A stretch of DNA of 60,333 nt, filler included. It is 9 parts of 9 records of this genome, joined end to end, with 100 filler letters (N's around TTAATTAATTAA, not from the genome) between each part and the next. Parts side by side here need not be neighbours in the genome. Positions count along the whole stretch, not along the records: positions 1 to 6,711 come from SRR31147125_67613; positions 6,812 to 12,908 come from SRR31147125_67812; 7 more parts are not named here. One strand, written 5' to 3'. This document shows positions 1 through 9,733 of this stretch, piece after piece. The position numbers and the translations under genes are program-made. The notes beneath the pieces were generated by a model. The model searched no databases. It was not told the origin of the DNA and saw only the letters and a list, made by a program, of their open reading frames with translations. Every line of letters starts with the position of its first letter. Position 1 is the stretch's first letter.

Positions 1-5
1 AATGA

Positions 6-29
6 CCATCGGTTAGCCGGTGGTTTTTT
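6..29 (+). terminator. Intrinsic terminator of an off-contig upstream gene
   Basis: ACCATCGGTTAGCCGGTGG hairpin followed by a T-run. Confidence 0.6.
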
Positions 30-181
30 AATGAATTATTTAATCATAAAATGACATATAAAAAAACAATCAATAGCACTTGGTCATTCCCTGCTATTAT
101 CTTACAAAAGCAGATTAGCATTTATTGCCAAAAGATGATATACTAACATAATAATATATTAATAAAGTATGGAGAGATAAT

Positions 182-955
182 ATGCTGAAAAAATCCATTA
201 AACTTGCACTTACTAACCGTATTATATTGCTGTGGTCACTTTTCCATACAATCAGCATGGTCTTTATCGCTTTTGCAGCCTTTACTGTACCTATGTATAT
301 GTTTTCCCCTTTTGGCGCATACAATGTTTTTGAGGACATTAGCATGGCTATGTTTGCTGTATTAAGTATATTCACCCTAATAACGATGTTTGTTTTTACC
401 CCCGCAGGGCTTCAGTATATTTATGAATTATCATCAGACAGCCTGTCGGAGGACTGGTTTTCAAAAGGTATCAGAAGAAACTGGTATAAAGTGCTTTCGG
501 TAGCCGTAGTCGGCGCAGTTATATGCTTCTTTGTGGGCTTATTCAGCTATATGACACTGTTCGTTATACATATAGTATATGCTGGGTATATTACATCCAG
601 ATTGACTGTTTATACCGCAGAGGACAGCTTCCGTGAAGCACAGCAAACAGAAAAGAAGATTAGAAAAAAGTATCTTCTTAAATTGCAGTTAATACACCTT
701 ATCCCCTATTTGTTTTCTTTAGGCTTATACTATGGAATGAAGTATTTAATCACCATGCAGGGCGTGGAATTTTCACCAACGGAGGTTTTGTACACAGTGG
801 ATATCTATCTGATTATAATAGTATTAGTCTTTGGTATTGCTGCAAACGCCGTGGCTTATGTGTATTCTATGGCTAGCTATATGGCATTGAACCAGCCGGC
901 TGAAACAATTGATGAAGTGAATAATGCTGTGGAGGAAAGCGCAGCTAGTATTTAA
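182..955 (+). CDS. Hypothetical multi-pass membrane protein
   Basis: 257-aa ORF, about 6 hydrophobic segments, GGAGAG SD before ATG. Confidence 0.75.
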   Translation: MLKKSIKLALTNRIILLWSLFHTISMVFIAFAAFTVPMYMFSPFGAYNVFEDISMAMFAVLSIFTLITMFVFTPAGLQYIYELSSDSLSEDWFSKGIRRNWYKVLSVAVVGAVICFFVGLFSYMTLFVIHIVYAGYITSRLTVYTAEDSFREAQQTEKKIRKKYLLKLQLIHLIPYLFSLGLYYGMKYLITMQGVEFSPTEVLYTVDIYLIIIVLVFGIAANAVAYVYSMASYMALNQPAETIDEVNNAVEESAASI

Positions 956-1002
956 TAAGCTTGCAATTCTACTAGATTATAATTTATAAGTAAACGTAAA
1001 CA

Positions 1003-1040
1003 TGGTGCCTCAGATTGTTTTAAAGCAATCTATGACACCA
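1003..1040. repeat. Palindromic intergenic repeat, copy 1 (REP/terminator-like)
   Basis: TGGTGCCTCAGATTGTTTTAAAGCAATCTATGACACCA; a similar copy is at 4101-4140. Confidence 0.65.
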
Positions 1041-1076
1041 CGCATATAATTTTTATAAAATACTATAACCTATCTT

Positions 1077-1319
1077 TTAATCCCCTTCCTTTTTAATATG
1101 CCCTCTGACCATCAGCAGCCCTACAGCGGCCGATAACACATCGGCAATAGGATACGCTGTCCACAGTCCTGCCTTGCCCATAAACAACGGCAGAACAATA
1201 ACAAGCGGAAGCAGGAAAATAACCTGCCTGAATAACGAAACCAATATGGCCTTTTTTGGGTTATGAATCGATATAAAATAAAAATACGCTATGCTGTGTA
1301 TTCCGATAATAGGCACCAT
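1077..1319 (-). pseudogene. C-terminal remnant (last TM helices) of a MATE efflux transporter
   Basis: KAILVSLFRQVIFLLPLVIVLP...GLWTAYPIADVLS is typical of MATE C-termini; in-frame TGA 6 codons upstream, no N-terminal part. Confidence 0.7.
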
Positions 1320-1339
1320 ATATATCCCAATACATCAGC

Positions 1340-2148
1340 TTATTCAACCTCCCATTTAATACAATACTCCTCTAGCTTAGGCTTTGCATTAAATATTTGC
1401 TTAAGCATTCTATATTCTTGTCTCGCTTTAATCGCATTTTTACCGCTGGCTGCTCCAACGCGAATTGCCCTGATCATTATATTTTTGGGCGTTTCACTAG
1501 AGGGAACAAATTCAAAAATTCTTATTCTGTAGCCAAAGGATTCTAATATTAGGGCTCGCATCGAATCGGCTACCATATCGGCAATTCGTTCCTTGTATAC
1601 TCCATGTCTTGTTATGGAAGTTAGGGGATGTCTTCTTATTTTATCTCTAATGGTTTTTTGGCAGCATGAGACAGAAAAAATATAGTTTGCACTATGCTTT
1701 ATACCCATTGCAATAGAAATATCAGTCGCACTATCACATGCATGCAGACTATATACAATATCAACTCTTTCCTCGATATTAATATCTAAAATATCATCGC
1801 AAATAAACTCCATATTATTAAATCCCAAGGATTGTGCAGCTTTGGTTGATTCTTTGATTACATGTTCATTGTAATCGATACAAATAAATTTAACATTTCT
1901 TTTTTGTACAACAGATAGATAGTAGCCGGCAACAAAAGATAGATAACTTTTGCCGCATGCGCAATCAACCAAAGTTATTGTTCTCTTTTTAGATAGGCTA
2001 TTTATTGCCTTATTAATATGTACTAGATAGTCAAATACCTGTCTGTGCTTTTTTGCCTTCTTATATTTTGCTGTCCATTTTTGTCGGAAAGTCCAATTGA
2101 AGCAAACAAATCTTTCAATTCATTAACATCAAAATAATTACTATGCAT
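1340..2148 (-). CDS. SAM-dependent methyltransferase (Methyltransf_32-like), apparent frameshift near 2060-2075
   Basis: VDCACGKSYLSF motif I, SLHACD, SCCQ, TPKNIMIRA; N-terminus MHSNYFD... (ATG 2148) joins KKAKKHRQVFDY after a 1-nt indel. Confidence 0.8.
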
Positions 2149-2152
2149 GTTT

Positions 2153-2369
2153 TATTCCATCCTGTAGTCTTATTAGCTCAAATAGGTTCAAGTAGATTTA
2201 AATAAAAAACAGCTTGAAAAAAATAAAACTAACATAATAACCAACAAAGCAAACTCACATGGAAATATTTCCCGATGAGTTTATTGTCGAAAATTAAGTT
2301 AGTTGATTACTCTCTTCCAAGCTGCTTATGTTACTTGAGCTATATAACACTAAGTTGTTGGATGGAACA
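2153..2369 (-). promoter_or_regulatory. Long structured 5' leader (rod hairpin / attenuator) of the methyltransferase
   Basis: At least five nested helices with G-U pairs on the minus strand; the basal helix covers the RBS; U-tracts follow the inner stems. Confidence 0.65.
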
Positions 2370-2388
2370 CCACCTTATGTTTTTTTTA

Positions 2389-2417
2389 ATCATATCAAAT
2401 CTAGTATTTACTGTCAA
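2389..2417 (-). promoter_or_regulatory. Sigma70/SigA promoter
   Basis: TTGACA-17 bp-TATGAT on the minus strand. Confidence 0.75.
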
Positions 2418-2526
2418 TACTGTGTAGAATATTTAAAATTGATTATGGTCTTCTATTAAAGCAAACCGATACCTGAAGTTCTCGTCAGCTGTAATTTAGT
2501 AGGACAATTACACCAGTGACACCTCC

Positions 2527-3345
2527 TCACCTATAAAACACCGGCTTCACACTATCATCCAGCCCCTTATACCTAGTATATTTTTCAGTATCCACACTTT
2601 TGGCCCCTTTCAAAGCACACCCATGGGGGCAGTAGTTATAGCACCTGACGCATAAGATGCATTTATCCGTGTTTATTTGTAGCGTATGATTTTCTTTGTT
2701 TTTTTCTATAGCACCTACGGGACATATTTTATAGCATAAATTGCATTTAGTACATCTTGAATTGTCTATAAACATATGTGATTTCATTTTATCTATTCCA
2801 AGGTCGTAATTGTTTCTTTGTGCTCTGCCGCCGATTACGGAAACTATGTTTTTCCCTGCAAATTTTTCTTTGCCGTCTATAATATGTGTGGATATTATGT
2901 CCAGTTTTTCTGATGCTTGCTTTACCATATTTGCTTTTTTATCACCTTCAGCAACCTTAAAAAAGCTAAAACCCGGCACTTTAATATTTACAGGCAAATA
3001 TACATGGTCTGCATAAACTGTTTCGTATCCTTTGGAATTTGCTATTTTTTTGTAATAAATCCCCGTATCGCCGCAGAATACTCCTGCATTTCCGATAAAA
3101 AACACTTTCTTCCCCTGACCATTTTTCATTCTGTCTAAAATGTCTCTTTGAGGGTTAGGCATGGTCGAACCCCACACAGGGTATGCAAAGCCTATCATGT
3201 CACAGTTTTCAAAGCATTCATTGCCGCAGGTTACGCTGTCATACAATGCCACTTCGGCACCGTGCTTTGCAAAATTCTCTTTCAATTTTTTTGCCATCCA
3301 CAAAGTATTGCCTGTGGACGTAAAATAATTAATCTTAATTTTCAT
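2527..3345 (-). CDS. EFR1-family flavodoxin-fold plus 2x[4Fe-4S] ferredoxin protein
   Basis: YFTSTGNT flavodoxin loop; CTKCNLCYKICP and CILCVRCYNYCP motifs. Confidence 0.9.
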   Translation of the reverse strand: MKIKINYFTSTGNTLWMAKKLKENFAKHGAEVALYDSVTCGNECFENCDMIGFAYPVWGSTMPNPQRDILDRMKNGQGKKVFFIGNAGVFCGDTGIYYKKIANSKGYETVYADHVYLPVNIKVPGFSFFKVAEGDKKANMVKQASEKLDIISTHIIDGKEKFAGKNIVSVIGGRAQRNNYDLGIDKMKSHMFIDNSRCTKCNLCYKICPVGAIEKNKENHTLQINTDKCILCVRCYNYCPHGCALKGAKSVDTEKYTRYKGLDDSVKPVFYR

Positions 3346-3364
3346 TTGTATCTCCTAAAAGTCA

Positions 3365-3961
3365 TTAATTTTTTTCTAATCCGACAAGCAGTGCATCCGT
3401 ATAGACACTCATTATTTTCCCAATGTTTAAATCATCTACCAGCACATCATATGCACCCAACCCGTCAAAAGTTGCCATCATTGCCCACACCAGCTGCTCC
3501 GTATCAACCTGCCTGAACTCATTATTTTCAATGCCCTTATTTATAATCTCCGTTACTGCATCCTTAAAAAGCATAAGCAGATTGACCCAATGCTGCTTTA
3601 CTTCATCTCTGTCAATGCTCTGAGCCCAAAACTCCAAAAAAAGATTAAAAAGTCCTTTATTCTGATTTTGGAAGTTAATAAAATTGCTGATTCCATATCG
3701 CAGCTTATCCACTGAGGAATCTTCCCTGTCCATCACCTTTGTAAATTCATGCTTAAAAGTCCCGGCGAACACTTCTATAGACTGAAGCAAAATATCATCC
3801 TTGCTTTTAAAATGCCAGTAAACACTGCCCTTGCTTAAGGAGCACTTTTTTGCGATGTCATCAATGGTGGTCTTAACATAACCCCGCTCAAAAAAGCAAT
3901 CCAGTGCCGCATTAATTATTTGGTTTTTTCTATCCTCTTTTGACTGATGTTTTGCTGCCAA
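3365..3961 (-). CDS. TetR/AcrR family regulator
   Basis: GYVKTTIDDIAKKCSLSKGSVYWHFKSK HTH; TTG start. Confidence 0.95.
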   Translation of the reverse strand: MAAKHQSKEDRKNQIINAALDCFFERGYVKTTIDDIAKKCSLSKGSVYWHFKSKDDILLQSIEVFAGTFKHEFTKVMDREDSSVDKLRYGISNFINFQNQNKGLFNLFLEFWAQSIDRDEVKQHWVNLLMLFKDAVTEIINKGIENNEFRQVDTEQLVWAMMATFDGLGAYDVLVDDLNIGKIMSVYTDALLVGLEKN

Positions 3962-3981
3962 CGCTCTGCTCCTCTTCCAAA

Positions 3982-3995
3982 ACCGACCGGTCGGT
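3982..3995. promoter_or_regulatory. Probable TetR operator
   Basis: Perfect 14-bp palindrome ACCGACCGGTCGGT between promoter and tetR start. Confidence 0.75.
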
Positions 3996-4006
3996 CTATA
4001 TGTTTT

Positions 4007-4035
4007 ATATTATCATTATTTCCCCTGCTTGTCAA
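4007..4035 (-). promoter_or_regulatory. Sigma70 promoter of tetR-EFR1
   Basis: TTGACA-17 bp-TAATAT. Confidence 0.6.
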
Positions 4036-4100
4036 AGCCATAAGTGTGATTGCACTAATAAAATATCAGCCTAATTCAAACTGCTTATATAAATGGTGGT

Positions 4101-4140
4101 AGGGTGCCCAAGATTGTTTTAAAACAATTTCAGACACCCT
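4101..4140. repeat. Palindromic intergenic repeat, copy 2
   Basis: AGGGTGCCCAAGATTGTTTTAAAACAATTTCAGACACCCT, homologous to 1003-1040. Confidence 0.65.
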
Positions 4141-4193
4141 AATTACAAAATAAAACAAATAGCAGAAGCTAAATTTTATATCCTATCTATCAT

Positions 4194-5147
4194 CTACATA
4201 TATTCTTTTGATGAAATTACAACACCATCGATAACGATCTCTTCTTCTTCACCTAAAATGCCGGTAATAACCAAATCGATAGCTTCATCCTCGCTAAGTC
4301 CACGGCTTCTTAAGTAGTTTAGAACCTCATCAGAAATTCTACCAACTGATGCTTCGTGAGTCAATGATGCATCTTTATCCTTATTAACCAGTGCAGGTAT
4401 TGCTACAATATTCGAATCATTTCCCAGCAATAATCCCATACAGTCCAGGCGGACCTGTGCCTGCCTCGTTGCCTACCATTTGGCTTTTGGCATAAAACTC
4501 AGTATCCTTTTTGGCAATCATCTTTACACGGGACAAGCCATTGGATCCGACACCGTTTAGGTAAGTATCATCATACATTTCCACATTGCCGCCGTCGGCT
4601 AATACGGTTACCCCATAATTAATTGAAGCATTTTCTCCCAAATGATTGTTGTTAACAATCTTAAATGATTTAGCTATTCTGTGGCACTTCTGGTTGTATA
4701 TTACCTCTGCGCCCTTCCCAACAAATAGATCCATAGTAGTATCTACAAAATCTTCTTTGCCCCAGCTGTGGACATGCTTATAATCAAGCTTTGCGTCCTC
4801 TTTTACAATCATTTTAGAATGCCCTATGTGCTTGCCAAACAGACTTGATGTCTGAGCCGCACAGGTACTATTCATAATTGCTTCCACACCTTTATCGATG
4901 ATAACCAAGTTATGGAATCCTGCGTTACATATTGGGAGCAGATAACTATACTCGTGCTGATAGGTTCGCTTACAGATTTTTTAACCCATACAAAATAGCC
5001 TTCCTTGGGTACTTCTTCAAAATATTCTCTGCACCAAGGATATTTTTCATAGGCTTGTGCACTGGTTAAAACTACGACATCTTCATTTTCAACAATTTTA
5101 GCATTATGATCAAGCTGTGTGTAATTGGCAGTCTTTGCACTTTTCAT
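4194..5147 (-). CDS. sufB: SufB/SufD-family Fe-S scaffold (SmsB-type), split by two indels (~4915, ~4450)
   Basis: GYFVWVK, YKHVHSWG, LDCMGLLL, LTHEASVGRI, YLRSRGLSEDEA; ATG 5147 with GAGGAGG SD overlaps the sufC end. Confidence 0.8.
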
Positions 5148-5808
5148 AACCTTCCTCCTCAATTGTTTTCCAAACATGTTTCCAATTCTTAGATGAACAG
5201 ATAATATTCCCATTAAGCATTACGTGGGCATAATCCGGCTCAAAAAATTGCAGAGCCCTGCCTCTGTGGGTAATCAAAAGAATAGTTTTATCACCTAATT
5301 CATTCTTTATTACCTCGCTTAGCTTTTCTAAGTTCTCAACGTCTAATCCGGCATCCAGCTCATCCAAAATAATAAGCTCAGGATCCAAACTGATAACCTG
5401 AATTACTTCAGACATCTTTCGCTCTCCCCCGGAAAAGCCTACGTTGATTTCTCTTTCCAAAAGATGCTCTATACCTTTTATTTCTACATTTTTCTTGGAT
5501 ATTTTGTCAAGCAGCATAGACAGCTTCACGTTTACAGCCGGTGGATTTTGATAGACACTGGCCATGCCAATCTCTGCTCTTTCCTCAATGTCCAGTTCAG
5601 TAATATCTTTTCCATCAAAGATAATCCTGCCCCCCTTAACAATATGCTCAGGATACCCCATCAGGGTGTAGAGCAGGGTCGATTTGCCTGAGGCGTTAGG
5701 TCCTAATAATACATGAGTCTCGCCCTTTTTAATACTTAGGTTAAAATCATTTAGGATATCTTTACCTTCAACTTGTGTTGATAGATTTTCAATGGTTAAA
5801 AAACTCAT
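5110..5808 (-). CDS. sufC: SufC-type ABC ATPase (SmsC-type, C-terminal CxxC)
   Basis: GPNASGKS Walker A, REINVGFSGGERK signature, ILDELD, C-terminal EGYEKCKDC. Confidence 0.9.
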   Translation of the reverse strand: MSFLTIENLSTQVEGKDILNDFNLSIKKGETHVLLGPNASGKSTLLYTLMGYPEHIVKGGRIIFDGKDITELDIEERAEIGMASVYQNPPAVNVKLSMLLDKISKKNVEIKGIEHLLEREINVGFSGGERKMSEVIQVISLDPELIILDELDAGLDVENLEKLSEVIKNELGDKTILLITHRGRALQFFEPDYAHVMLNGNIICSSKNWKHVWKTIEEEGYEKCKDCQLHTA

Positions 5809-5957
5809 TCTGTCTCCTTTCAGATATGGTTAAGTATGTACTCACCATGACTTAACCGGAAAAATATTATAAAGTAAGCTTCAGCTAACTTAATCTGCAA
5901 AATTTTTAGGGCTAAAACCCTGCTTCGACAAGAAACCTCAAAATCTCTTATTTCGCT

Positions 5958-5982
5958 AACCCCTACTAAATTTGTAGGGTAT
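5958..5982 (-). promoter_or_regulatory. Rrf2/IscR-like binding site
   Basis: ATACCCTACAAATTTAGTAGGGGTT, 25-bp imperfect palindrome resembling IscR type-1 boxes, just downstream of the sufC promoter. Confidence 0.6.
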
Positions 5983-5991
5983 TTTATATAA

Positions 5992-6020
5992 ACAATAATA
6001 CAGTATTTGGTTTTTGTCAA
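5992..6020 (-). promoter_or_regulatory. Sigma70 promoter of sufCB
   Basis: TTGACA-17 bp-TATTGT. Confidence 0.6.
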
Positions 6021-6241
6021 GGGTTTTAATAATTAGACGTAAAAAAATAAGTTTTTACCAGTCGAAAATTAACTATTTAAGGATATTTGCACGAAAAACT
6101 GACCTTATCGGGCTTATCTCTTTTGCCAAAGGCTTATCAGCTGCCTACGTGGGGGTACATATTTCCCCTCCGGCAGATTTAACAGCTTTTAATGACACCC
6201 CTTCCATTTCATGGTATAATATTACAAAGGAAGAGGAGTCA

Positions 6242-6711
6242 ATGCCAAATACCAAAGATAACAAAGAAAAACTAATAGACATCGGCATAATCACAGCAGG
6301 CGGCGCACTATCCATGTGCAGCCTTATCCCTGACCTTTTTCCCCTTGCAATCGCAGGCATACTAATCCCATCCGCCTATGAAATATTCAAAACATCCGGC
6401 TTATTCAACATAAGGGTATCTAAAAAACAAATCGAAACTGCCTTGCAGAAAACCTATGAACATCTTATTGAAAACGACACAGCAGGCAAATATACAACCG
6501 CACTAAATGCCATCAAACTAAGCCTGCAAAAGCAGTTAGCTGATGGACGCTTACCCAAAAAACCTACCGAGGATAAATTCCTTGAAGCCATAGACAGTAT
6601 CATCAACGAAAAGGACGATATTCAGTCCCTAGAAAATAAAAAAATCATTCTGGACTTTGAAAAGGCTTTTTTAAATGAAGTTTTGGATAGGAAAGATAGT
6701 GATTATGCTAA
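6242..6711 (+). CDS. Hypothetical protein, N-terminus only (contig end)
   Basis: GAGGAG SD, ATG 6242 (MPNTKDNKEK...), open to contig end. Confidence 0.65.
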
Positions 6712-6811
6712 NNNNNNNNNNNNNNNNNNNNNNNNNNNNNNNNNNNNNNNNNNNNTTAATTAATTAANNNNNNNNNNNNNNNNNNNNNNNNNNNNNNNNN
6801 NNNNNNNNNNN
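6712..6811. other. Artificial contig linker
   Basis: N-run, TTAATTAATTAA (stops in all frames), N-run; 100 bp. Confidence 0.99.
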
Positions 6812-8680
6812 ATCTTTTTTTTGTCCAAAATCCGGAATAGGCACAGCCGATAGAAGTGCCTTAGTGTATGGATGCTCAGGATTAAGAAAAACATTATCCG
6901 TAGTTGACATCTCGACAATTTTCCCCAGATACATGACTGCAACACGGTCGGATATATGTTTCACAACACTTAAATCATGGGCTATAAACACAGTAGTTAA
7001 CCCAAATCTTCCCTGCAGGTCTTCAAGCAGATTAATTATCTGAGCCTGAATTGATACATCTAATGCAGATACCGGCTCATCACAAACAATAAGCTTGGGA
7101 TTAAGGGCTATAGCCCGCGCTATACCGATTCTTTGCCTCTGTCCACCGCTGAATTGATGCGGATAACGAAACATATGATCTGCAGAAAGCCCTACAAGTT
7201 CAAGCAGTTCTGCAACTTTTTCACTGATAACCTTCCTAGAATGCAAATGCTTATGAACAATAAACGGCTCACCTACCGTTTCCCCAATAGTCAGCCGGGG
7301 ATTCAAAGACGAAAATGGGTCCTGGAATATTATCTGCATATGCTTTCGGACTTCCTGAAGTTGCCTACTATTCAATGAATAGATATTTTCACCTTCGAAA
7401 TGGACATTTCCAGATGTGGCTTTTATCAGATTCAGTAAAAGCCTTCCGGTTGTTGTCTTTCCACATCCGGATTCTCCAACGATTCCCAAGGTTTCCCCTT
7501 TCATGATTTTAAAGCTGACATCATCAACCGCTTTCACATGACCGACAACCTTCTGAAATACTCCGCCGGTAATAGGAAAATACTTAACCAAATTTTTTGC
7601 TTCCAGGATAATCTGATGTTTTTCTTTTGTTTCAGCCACAACCCTTTCTGAATTTGGTGGTACTATCTCAACTACATCTTTTTTCTTTTTAACAAACTGC
7701 TTCTTTATTTCCTGTTCATAGCGCCAGCAGCGTACCTGTCTGCTGTTTTCAAGCGTTATGAGTGGAGGTTCATTTTTCGCGCAATAGTCTATTGCATGAT
7801 TACATCTTGGATGAAATTTACACCCGGTAGGTAAATCAAGAGGATTAGGAATACTTCCCTTAATCGGGAATAGTTTTTTACCCTGCTCATCTGAAAGTCT
7901 TGGTATAGACTTCAACAATTCAGACGTATACGGATGCAGTGGATTTTTAAAAATGTTTTCAGCATTAGAATACTCAACAACTTTTCCGGCATACAGTACT
8001 ACAACATTATCAGCCATCTCAGCAACAACACCAAGGTCATGGGTAATAATCATTACAGCAGCATCCAATTCATCCTTCAGCTTCATTATTAACTCAAGAA
8101 TCTGCGCCTGTACAGTAACATCCAATGCAGTAGTCGGCTCATCGGCAATGAGAAGATTTGGATTACATGATAGCGCCATAGCTATCATAACTCTCTGCCG
8201 CATACCTCCCGACTGCTGATGGGGATATTCATCCACTCGCAATTCAGGAGAGGACAACCCCACCAGTTCAAGCATTTTTATGGCCTTAGCCCTAGCTTCT
8301 TCCTTAGATAATTTCTGGTGAAGAATCAGTGCCTCAGTTATTTGCTGTCCAATAGTATGAACGGGATTCAGTGATGTCATTGGTTCCTGAAAAATCATTG
8401 AGATCTTATTCCCCCTGATTTTTCTCATTTCAATATCACTTTTTTCAAGTAGATTTTCACCCAGGTAGTTGATTTCTCCAGCCATAATTTTCCCGGGTTT
8501 ACTTATCAGACGCATAACCGACAGAGATGTTACACTCTTTCCACAACCGGATTCTCCCACAACACCCAGAGTTTCTTTGGGTTTAATATGGAAATCTACA
8601 CCATCTACTGCTTTAACGATGCCTGCTTCAGTATGGAAGTATGTTTTGAGGTTCTTTATCTCAAGCAGATTGCTATTCAT
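6812..8680 (-). CDS. Fused OppD/OppF oligopeptide ABC ATPase (3' truncated)
   Basis: Two NBDs ([30 protein letters not shown]) with the GCKFHPRC...C oligo_HPY domain. Confidence 0.93.
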
Positions 8681-8742
8681 GTAATTTTTCCTCTTTAGTA
8701 TCAATAATCTTTAAGATGCTTATCAACATAAAATCCTTGTGT

Positions 8743-9711
8743 TTACTGTTTCAATTTTGGATCTAGCGCATCACGTAGTCCATCACCAAGAAAATTAAAT
8801 GCAAGCATTATCAAAGCAAGGGCAATACCGGGATATATTGCAAGATGTGGATATGATCGCATCGTTTTATACCCTTCAGAAATCATCATTCCCCAACTTG
8901 GAGTCGGTGGGTCGACGCCTAATCCGATAAAACTCAGGAAAGCCTCGGTGGCAATAAATCCGGGTATCTGGAAAGTTACCGATACAATAAGCGGACCGAT
9001 CAGGTTTGGCATGATATGCTTAAAGACCAACCGGAGATTTCTAGCCCCGATGGCACGTGCTGCCTGGACATAATCCGTCTCCCTCAGGGAAAGTGTCATC
9101 CCCCGTGCTATTCTTGCTATACCTACCCAGGAAGTCATTCCAATTCCGATCATAATGAAGAATAGCCCGCCGAAAAAGCTATCCACTCTCACCATGGCCA
9201 TAACCAAGTAGTTCTGGGATATCGGCGATAAACTCGTCTTAAAGACAACCATTAAAAGAATAATTAACAGAAGAGTGGGAAAAGCATACACAATATCCAC
9301 GATTCTCATCATGATATTATCAGTTTTTCCACCGACATAACCTGAAATTGTCCCATAGACAATTCCAATAATGAATGATGTTAGTGCACCGAGAAAAGCG
9401 ATAGTCAGAGAAATTCTTGTACCATAAATCAAGCGGCTGAGGAGATCACGCCCCATAAAGTCGGCACCAAGAATGAACTGCCCACCAGGCTCAGCATAAT
9501 TCAACTCCAGATCGCCTTCAGCATAATATTTGGGAGCAATATATGGAGCAAAAATTGCGCAGATCAACATAATCAGGATAATGGAAGCCCCGAGAACCGC
9601 CATTCGGTTCTTCATCAGCCTTTTCATGGCATCAGCTCCGGGGCTTATTGATTCTCTCTTATATGTGCGTTTACTTAATTTCTTTGAAGCAGCTATTTTT
9701 GTTGTACTCAT
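8743..9711 (-). CDS. oppC: Oligopeptide ABC permease
   Basis: LGADFMGRDLLSRLIYG, EAFLSFIGLG, FLGDGLRDALDP. Confidence 0.92.
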   Translation of the reverse strand: MSTTKIAASKKLSKRTYKRESISPGADAMKRLMKNRMAVLGASIILIMLICAIFAPYIAPKYYAEGDLELNYAEPGGQFILGADFMGRDLLSRLIYGTRISLTIAFLGALTSFIIGIVYGTISGYVGGKTDNIMMRIVDIVYAFPTLLLIILLMVVFKTSLSPISQNYLVMAMVRVDSFFGGLFFIMIGIGMTSWVGIARIARGMTLSLRETDYVQAARAIGARNLRLVFKHIMPNLIGPLIVSVTFQIPGFIATEAFLSFIGLGVDPPTPSWGMMISEGYKTMRSYPHLAIYPGIALALIMLAFNFLGDGLRDALDPKLKQ

Positions 9712-9733
9712 GGATCTCGTATCCTTATTTCTT

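Noticed and set aside
1335-1337. In-frame TGA before the MATE remnant as selenocysteine
   Set aside because: No upstream coding continuation, no SECIS-like hairpin, and not a redox protein.
2153-2369. 6S RNA as the identity of the rod
   Set aside because: The size and a CUUGAACC element are suggestive, but the central bubble is one-sided and the basal stem includes the downstream RBS. Not called without an Rfam search.
6812-8680. OppD-OppF fusion as a novelty
   Set aside because: Fused double-NBD peptide ABC ATPases are common.
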